From Acidobacteriota bacterium (lineage in GTDB: Bacteria; Acidobacteriota; UBA6911; RPQK01; JAJDTT01), in the NCBI GenBank assembly GCA_965209055.1, contig OZ242374.1, forward strand, positions 160,001 to 224,000: a stretch of DNA of 64,000 bases, in the 5' to 3' direction. Position 1 is the stretch's first letter; each line of letters opens with the position of its first letter. Made by a program: the position numbers and the translations under genes. Of the stretch, positions 58,255 through 64,000 are shown one piece after another. Below the pieces are notes generated by a model. The model was not told the DNA's origin. It did not search any database and saw nothing but the letters and a program-made list of their open reading frames with translations.

Positions 58255-58377
58255 CAGTCCCCCCTTTTGAGAAAAAGGGGGCAATTTCAATCGCCCGGTC
58301 TTCGTCGCCAAGTTTGTCACAACGGAGTGCGGTGGTAGGAAAACCGCCGCTCCACCGGCGACAGGAAAGTCGCCGCT
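58155..58377. repeat. Large REP array, continued at 59818-59878 beyond the IS110
   Basis: At least six palindromes; the 58-bp block 58208-58265 recurs identically at 59819-59876. Confidence 0.85.
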
Positions 58378-58391
58378 TGTCTGTTTAAATA

Positions 58392-58555
58392 AGTCCGCCC
58401 GGGCCGCTCATGAGCGGCCCGGGCGGCGGTGGCTGGACCGTGTCGCCGCTGACCGTTAGATCCGGATGTGGAGTAAGGTCGGCCACCGTCTTTCCCGATG
58501 TCCTGAATGGATACGAGGGCATCAAGGCCCGAATGACAAGCATAGGAGACCGGAA
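58392..58555 (+). ncRNA. Predicted IS110 bridge RNA (ends approximate)
   Basis: 5' hairpin at 58395-58426; target guides GTCGCCGCT (58442-50) and GGAG (58470-73); donor guides ATGGATAC (58507-14) and GACAAG (58535-40). Confidence 0.8.
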
Positions 58556-58557
58556 AG

Positions 58558-59505
58558 ATGAAACAGCATACCGTAGGCATCGACATCTCGAAAGCGCACC
58601 TGGACGCCCACCGGCTGGCCGACGGCCGATCCGCCCGGTTCGACAATGACCCGGCTGGCTTCCGGGCGCTGATCGATTGGATCGGAACTCCGGTCGAGTG
58701 CGTCGCCTACGAGGCCACCGGCCCCTATCACCGGAACCTCGAGGAAGCGCTGTGGAAAGCGAAGCTGCCGCTGTCGAGAGTGAATCCCTGGCAGGCCCGG
58801 TGTTTTGCTCAGGCGACCGGGAGCCGCGCGAAGACCGACACCGTAGACGCCCGGATGCTGGCCCAGATGGGGGCCAGCCTGGATCCGCGCCGGACCCCGG
58901 CGCCGTCCAAGACGCAACGCCGGCTCCAGGAACTGCAGGGGTGCCGGGACGCGCTGATGCGCCAGCGCACGGCCGCGCTGAACCGCCGCGCCCATTTGCG
59001 CGATCCCCTGCCCAAGCGGCAGAACCAGACCCAGATCAACCTGTTCGAGCGCCAGGCGAAGGCCATTGACCGAAAAATGCAGCAACTGATCGCGGCCGAT
59101 CCGGAGCGGGCGCGCAAGTTGGAGATCCTGACCTCCATTCCCGGGATCGCGGCCACCACCGCCGCGGGTCTACTGGCCGAGATGCCGGAGCTGGGCACCC
59201 TGAGCGGTAAGGCCGTCGCCAGTCTGGCCGGGTTGGCCGCCGTTCCTCGCGAGTCGGGGGCTTGGCAGGGACGGGCCTTCATCCGGGGCGGACGAGCGCG
59301 GGCGCGACGGCTCCTGTACATGCCGGCGGTGGCCGCCCTGCGCTGGAACCGCGACCTGGCCGAGGTCTATGGGAGACTGACCGGGCGTGGCAAGCCCGGC
59401 AAGGTGGCCCTGGTCGCCGTCATGCGCAAGCTCATCGTCCTAGCCAACACCCTGGTGAGTCAGGACCGCACCTGGTTGCCCGAAGCGCCCCGTGTGGTCT
59501 GCTGA
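58558..59505 (+). CDS. IS110 family DEDD recombinase/transposase
   Basis: GIDISK, YEATG and KTDTVDA give DEDD; also SIPGIA, PRESG serine and AVMRKL. Confidence 0.95.
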   Translation: MKQHTVGIDISKAHLDAHRLADGRSARFDNDPAGFRALIDWIGTPVECVAYEATGPYHRNLEEALWKAKLPLSRVNPWQARCFAQATGSRAKTDTVDARMLAQMGASLDPRRTPAPSKTQRRLQELQGCRDALMRQRTAALNRRAHLRDPLPKRQNQTQINLFERQAKAIDRKMQQLIAADPERARKLEILTSIPGIAATTAAGLLAEMPELGTLSGKAVASLAGLAAVPRESGAWQGRAFIRGGRARARRLLYMPAVAALRWNRDLAEVYGRLTGRGKPGKVALVAVMRKLIVLANTLVSQDRTWLPEAPRVVC

Positions 59506-59887
59506 AGCGACGGAGCGAGATGAGGAGGAAAGGGGGCGTGACGGGTCCCCCGAGGAATGATCTGTAGAACTTCCGGTCAGGCCTGGCCGGAAGCTTGCTT
59601 ACGGCCTTGAAAGCTCTTCACGCCCTGGGGAGCGTCGGGTCACCCGAAGGGCCGCAGCGAAGCGGAGGAGCCGTAGGCTTGACCCGAGGCTCCCCAGGGC
59701 GTACCCGCGCCCAGTGGACCGGACAGATCACGTGCCAACAGGAAACCGGACACCTCACTGACTAACGACCCGGGATGGAATCACCGATGAGAACCCACCC
59801 CTTGCAACATGGATACTCCCGATTCTTGCGGGGACAAGGATGTCCCCGCGCCTATGGGGGACTGACAGTCCCCCCTCCGAGGACTGT

Positions 59888-61663
59888 ATGAACCAACTCA
59901 GCGAGCACCTGTTCCGGGTTGACGACACCTGCAGCGTCTACGGCGTCCGGGCCGGCGGAAAGACGCTCTTGATCGATTGCGGGACCGACCTGCGGACCCG
60001 CGACGTGGGAGCAGTCGACCGGGTCCTGCTCACCCATTTTCACCGCGACCAGTGTTCCGGAATCCGGCACTGGCAGGAGCAGGGCGCCGGCGTCTTCATC
60101 CCCGGCGCCGAGCGGCGCTACCTGGAGGAGGCCGACCTGCAGCGGGCGGCCTACTACACTTACGACAACTACACCGCCTACTACCCGGACTTCGGCCCCT
60201 TGCAGGACGTCCGGGGCGCCAGGATCGCCCGCGACTACGAGACCATCGACTGGCAGGGAATCCGCTTCGAGGTCGTCCCGCTGCCCGGACACACCTTCGG
60301 CTCAACGGGATACCTGTTCGAAATCGACGGCCGCCGCGTCCTGGCCTGCGGCGACCTGATGGCGGCGCCGGGCCGCCTCGGCGACTACTACTGGCTGCAG
60401 TGGAGCTACATGGACTTCCAGGGGCACGTCAATCAGCTCGAAAGCCTGGCCCACGCCGCCGATTTGGAGTGGGACCTCATGCTGCCGGGGCACGGAGCGC
60501 CCTTCTCCCGGGAGGAGGCCCGCATCGGCGAACTGAGCGAACGGCTCGCCCGGCTCCACGGCATGTTCTTCGACCAGCCGTACACCCCCTTCCAGGTGGA
60601 GTTCCGCCGCCTGTCGCCCCACGTCTACGAGGTCAACTCCATGGCCAACTCGTATGTCGTCAAGGACGACGCCGGTCACGCTCTTCTCATCGACTGCGGC
60701 TACGTCTCCGGGGCGCCCATCACCGCCAATCCGCACCGCTACATCGACCACCTGACGCCGCGCCTGCGAAGTGAGCTGGGTGTCGAGACGGTGGAATATT
60801 TCCTGCCGACCCATTTCCACGACGACCATCTGGCCGGCTACCCCATGCTCCGGGCGCGTTACGGCGCCAAAGTGGCGGCCGCGCCGGAACTGCGGGACCT
60901 GCTCGAACACCCGGAGCGGTACGACATGCCCTGCATGGTTCCCGACGGGATGCGGGTCGACCGGGTCGTGGCCCGGGGGGAATCTTTCCACTGGCGCGGG
61001 ATCGACTTCCGGATCGAGCAGTTCCCGGGACAGACCTGGTACGACCACCACATCACCTTCCAGGTCGACGGGCGGCGTTTCCTGGCCATCGGCGATGCGA
61101 TATCGGGGCTCCCGTTCCGGGAGAAGCGGGACTACATCCATTCCTTCATCCCGAAGAATCGAACGCCGCTATCGGCATACGGGTCCATACCGCGCAAGAT
61201 CGCGGAGCGGCGTCCGGACGTGATTCTGACCGGGCATGGGGGTGGAGTGGCGTTCGAACAGGCACGGATCGATCTCTGGACCCGGTGGATGGACCGCTGG
61301 CAATCGCTGTTCACCGGTATCGTCGAGGCGCCCCACCCCGACATGGCCATGGATCCCCACTGGGTCGAGTTCCGGCCCTACAAGGTCCGGATCCGCCCCG
61401 GCGACGCCGTGGACTTTCGCCTCTACGTCAAGAATCACGCAGACGAAGAAAAGAGCTGCCGGGTCCGGTTCCGCTCAGTGGATGGCGTTTCCATCGATCC
61501 CTTGGAGCGGGACCTGGTCCTGGCGGCGGGAGAGACCAAGGAGACCGCCGTCCGGGTCCGCTTTCCGCGGGAGTTCTCGACTCATTCCCTGCCGATCCTG
61601 GCCGACGTGGAATGGGACGGACAGAGACTGGGCGAGGTGGCCGAGGCCATCGCCTACTGGTGA
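59888..61663 (+). CDS. Tandem metallo-beta-lactamase-fold hydrolase with C-terminal Ig-like domain
   Basis: THFHRDQ...PGHT...GD...PGHG and a second THFHDDH...GD...TGHG. Confidence 0.85.
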   Translation: MNQLSEHLFRVDDTCSVYGVRAGGKTLLIDCGTDLRTRDVGAVDRVLLTHFHRDQCSGIRHWQEQGAGVFIPGAERRYLEEADLQRAAYYTYDNYTAYYPDFGPLQDVRGARIARDYETIDWQGIRFEVVPLPGHTFGSTGYLFEIDGRRVLACGDLMAAPGRLGDYYWLQWSYMDFQGHVNQLESLAHAADLEWDLMLPGHGAPFSREEARIGELSERLARLHGMFFDQPYTPFQVEFRRLSPHVYEVNSMANSYVVKDDAGHALLIDCGYVSGAPITANPHRYIDHLTPRLRSELGVETVEYFLPTHFHDDHLAGYPMLRARYGAKVAAAPELRDLLEHPERYDMPCMVPDGMRVDRVVARGESFHWRGIDFRIEQFPGQTWYDHHITFQVDGRRFLAIGDAISGLPFREKRDYIHSFIPKNRTPLSAYGSIPRKIAERRPDVILTGHGGGVAFEQARIDLWTRWMDRWQSLFTGIVEAPHPDMAMDPHWVEFRPYKVRIRPGDAVDFRLYVKNHADEEKSCRVRFRSVDGVSIDPLERDLVLAAGETKETAVRVRFPREFSTHSLPILADVEWDGQRLGEVAEAIAYW

Positions 61664-61793
61664 GAGAATCGGCGGTTTTCCAATCGCCGATTCTTCTCCT
61701 CTTCGCGTGCAAGAGATTCTCTCTCGATCGCAATCTTTACCATCGTTGAAATCATTGGCATCATCCCTATCGGATATCTGCCGGAGGAATTTC

Positions 61794-62039
61794 TTGGCCA
61801 GCATCACGATTCGAAACCTGCCAGGCGGGCTGAAACGACGTCTTCGCATCCGCGCGGCCTTTCACGGCCGCTCGATGGAAGAAGAAGTCCGACAGATCCT
61901 GAACAACGTACTTGCCCAGGAGCTATCTGCACCCGTAGACCTGGCCAGCGCCATCCGTTCGCGATTCGCACCTCTGGGTGGGGCCGAACTGGAATTGCCG
62001 TCCCGCGAGCCAATGCGCGATCCACCCCCTTTCGAATGA
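61794..62039 (+). CDS. fitA: FitA-like RHH antitoxin (plasmid stability protein)
   Basis: TTG start after GGAGG; ASITIRNL...LRIRAA.HGRSMEEEVRQIL. Confidence 0.85.
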   Translation: MASITIRNLPGGLKRRLRIRAAFHGRSMEEEVRQILNNVLAQELSAPVDLASAIRSRFAPLGGAELELPSREPMRDPPPFE

Positions 62040-62049
62040 GCCATGCCAG

Positions 62050-62466
62050 ATGATTTTGCTCGACGCGAACGTAGTCTCGGAGTTGATTCGCCCCAACCCC
62101 GACCCCAAAGTCGAAGCTTGGTTGGCGGAACAGTATTTCGCGAATGTATTCCTGACCGTCATCAGTGAGGCCGAACTTCGATACGGTGTTGCGATCATGC
62201 CGGCAGGTATACGGCGGGACAGGCTCGCCAACGAGATTGAGGGTATGCTCCGCGAAGACTTCGCCGGGCGCATCCTGGCCTTCGATAGTGAGTGTGCCCG
62301 CGCCTATGCCGTGATTGCGTCCGACCGCCGCGCCGCGGGTCTCCCAATCCACCATGCCGACTGTCAAATTGCGGCAACTGCTCGCGCTCGAGGGGCTAAA
62401 ATCGCGACCAGGAATGTGGCGGATTTCCACGGATGTGGGGTCGATGTGATCAATCCTTGGGAATGA
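62050..62466 (+). CDS. vapC: FitB/VapC PIN-domain toxin
   Basis: MILLDANVVSEL, AELRYG, DCQIAA, ATRNVADF, INPW. Confidence 0.92.
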   Translation: MILLDANVVSELIRPNPDPKVEAWLAEQYFANVFLTVISEAELRYGVAIMPAGIRRDRLANEIEGMLREDFAGRILAFDSECARAYAVIASDRRAAGLPIHHADCQIAATARARGAKIATRNVADFHGCGVDVINPWE

Positions 62467-62624
62467 CGTGGAGTGAAAGAAGTAGAGGGATTGGCAGGGA
62501 TTCTCGGAACAGCGGTTTTCCGTCCGCCGGATTCCAGTTGAGCTACTCCCTCCGTGGTCCGGGGGTTATCTCTTGTCTCCGGGACCGTTTTGGATGTTCG
62601 GTTCACGGTTCGTCGCCTCCGGAT

Positions 62625-63159
62625 TCAACAGAAATAACTCCATCGGTCAAAGGCTTCCTGAAGCTCATTGACCCGTCCGGGCTGGCGCTCCGCCAGGTTC
62701 TTGCGCTCGTAGGGATCGCGGCTCAGGTCGAACAACTCCTTGCCGCCGACCAGCTTCCAGGGGCCCCTTCGCACCGCGTAGTTCCGGCGCAGGCCTTTTT
62801 CCGTGTATTCCTGCTCGTACGTCAGCGGAACCTGGTTGGGAATGTGGGGGGGCGTTGTAGGACAGGAAGAGGAAGAAGGGGCGGCTCCGGTTGGACTCGA
62901 CGAAACGGAGGGCGGCATCGGTCAAGGCGTCGGTGATGTAATTGCTGATGCGCGCCGGAAGGCCGTTGTGCTCCAGGGCCGTGTCGAATTAGTCGTCGTT
63001 GCCATGCACGCCCACGTCCCCGTAACCCCGGTCGTCGGTGAGAATCAAGATGACGTTCGGCCGGCGGGTGGACTTCCCGGGCGCGAAACAGAGACCGGCG
63101 CCGACCGCGAGGAACAAGGCCGCCGTCCACGCCATGCCCTTCATCACGTTGGAACTCAC
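62625..63159 (-). pseudogene. Collapsed arylsulfatase pseudogene
   Basis: Fragments [26 protein letters not shown]...[11 protein letters not shown] and [10 protein letters not shown]...[11 protein letters not shown] are separated by a stop and a frameshift; the CxPxR core is missing. Confidence 0.85.
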
Positions 63160-63217
63160 CTGAAAACCTCCTTTCACGGAGCTTGTCCCATGCTTCGGAT
63201 CCACTGAGGCCGGATCC

Positions 63218-64000
63218 TCAATAACGCCAGAAGACCACGCCCATGTGATACCGCTGGTGCGTCGGTAGCCGGGAGCAATAGTAGGCGGTGAGGATGCTTC
63301 CGTCGTCCAACTGGACGCTAGACGGATAGCCGCCGTCCAATCCGCCGGCGCCGCTGCTGGAGACGTGGGCGGCTGTCTTGAAGAGGACCCGGGGAGCGTC
63401 CCAGGTGAGCCCGCCGTCCCGGCTGATGCGCGCATGCACTCCGAGGGCGCCCCGAAGGCGTGAGCCGTAGCTGAGCAGGATCGAGCCGTCCCGCAGTCTC
63501 AACAGGTCCGCCGGGATCTCTTTCGGCAACGAAACGGGACCGAGTCCGTTCCAGGTCTGCCCGCCATCGTCGGAGGAGAACAGCTCCAGGTGCTCGTTCT
63601 TCATCCCGCCCCAGCGGATGGTGCGGCTGGCGGCGAGCATCTTCGCGCCGTCCAGAGGCAGCAATGCCGTTTCGTTGAAGCTGTCCGCGGCGATCAGGCG
63701 CGGCTTGCCCCAGGTGCGGCCGTCGTCGTCGCTGAAGAAGATCCAGGCCGTATTCCTGGCCAGATCCCCGGGGCCCTGGGAATAAATGGAAACGGCGAGC
63801 CGTCCTCGCGGAAGCATGACGATGCCGCCGTACGGGATCGGATCCTCCATATTCGGCGGAACCTTCATCGGCGTGCGGGTCCAGGTCCTGCCGCCGTCTT
63901 CGGACCGGCAGATTATGGGTGTCAGGAGGAATCTCTTCTTGTTGGGGACGGGCGGTTCGCCCCCGCGCGACGGGACATTCCCCCAGCCTCCCGCCAGGAC
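63218..64000 (-). CDS. Sialidase-like BNR-repeat protein, 5'-partial
   Basis: SEDGGRTW, SDDDGRTW, SDDGGQTW, SRDGGLTW and GYPSS; frame open to the window end. Confidence 0.85.
   Translation of the reverse strand, partial: VLAGGWGNVPSRGGEPPVPNKKRFLLTPIICRSEDGGRTWTRTPMKVPPNMEDPIPYGGIVMLPRGRLAVSIYSQGPGDLARNTAWIFFSDDDGRTWGKPRLIAADSFNETALLPLDGAKMLAASRTIRWGGMKNEHLELFSSDDGGQTWNGLGPVSLPKEIPADLLRLRDGSILLSYGSRLRGALGVHARISRDGGLTWDAPRVLFKTAAHVSSSGAGGLDGGYPSSVQLDDGSILTAYYCSRLPTHQRYHMGVVFWRY

Larger units (their letters stand above)
58378..59817 (+). mobile_element. IS110-family element inserted in a REP at a CT core
   Basis: Junctions GTCGCCG-CT-TGTCTG (CT at 58376-77) and ATGGATA-CT-CCCG (CT at 59816-17). 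Excision restores GTCGCCGCTCC, the intact REP end seen at 25988-25998. Confidence 0.88.

Noticed and set aside
58155-58377. Clustered palindromes as a CRISPR array
   Set aside because: Repeats vary in sequence, orientation and spacing; there are no constant-length spacers and no cas genes.
58208-59876. 58-bp identical direct repeats as a long target-site duplication of the IS110
   Set aside because: The left copy ends about 110 bp before the element's CT junction. The repeat is a unit of the pre-existing REP array, and IS110 duplicates only the core.

Overview
GC-rich bacterial chromosome segment that looks like Acidobacteriota (inferred from VWA, GWxTD, CRTAC1/ASPIC-UnbV+TPR and carboxypeptidase-regulatory-domain TonB receptor genes). 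Most of it is catabolic or periplasmic genes: six paralogous glycoside-hydrolase-like propeller proteins, two BNR/sialidase proteins, sulfatases, esterases, oxidoreductases and an SSS symporter. Between them lie many GGAG/GTAG-footed REP-like palindromes and accessory DNA: an IS1634 with a 6-bp target duplication, an IS110, an IS1595 stub, three tyrosine-recombinase genes or remnants, and five toxin-antitoxin loci of which four have lost the toxin. Three observations stand out. (1) The IS110 sits in a REP at a CT core, and its bridge-RNA target and donor guides can be read directly from the sequence. (2) An inverted pair of 11-6-11 dif-like sites with identical spacers brackets a large secreted-protein gene near a Cre-like recombinase. 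(3) Three cargo blocks are each bracketed by a duplication of the sequence 5' of a REP plus the REP, suggesting REP-anchored gene capture. No rRNA, tRNA or CRISPR array was found. All product calls come from motif recognition, not database searches.
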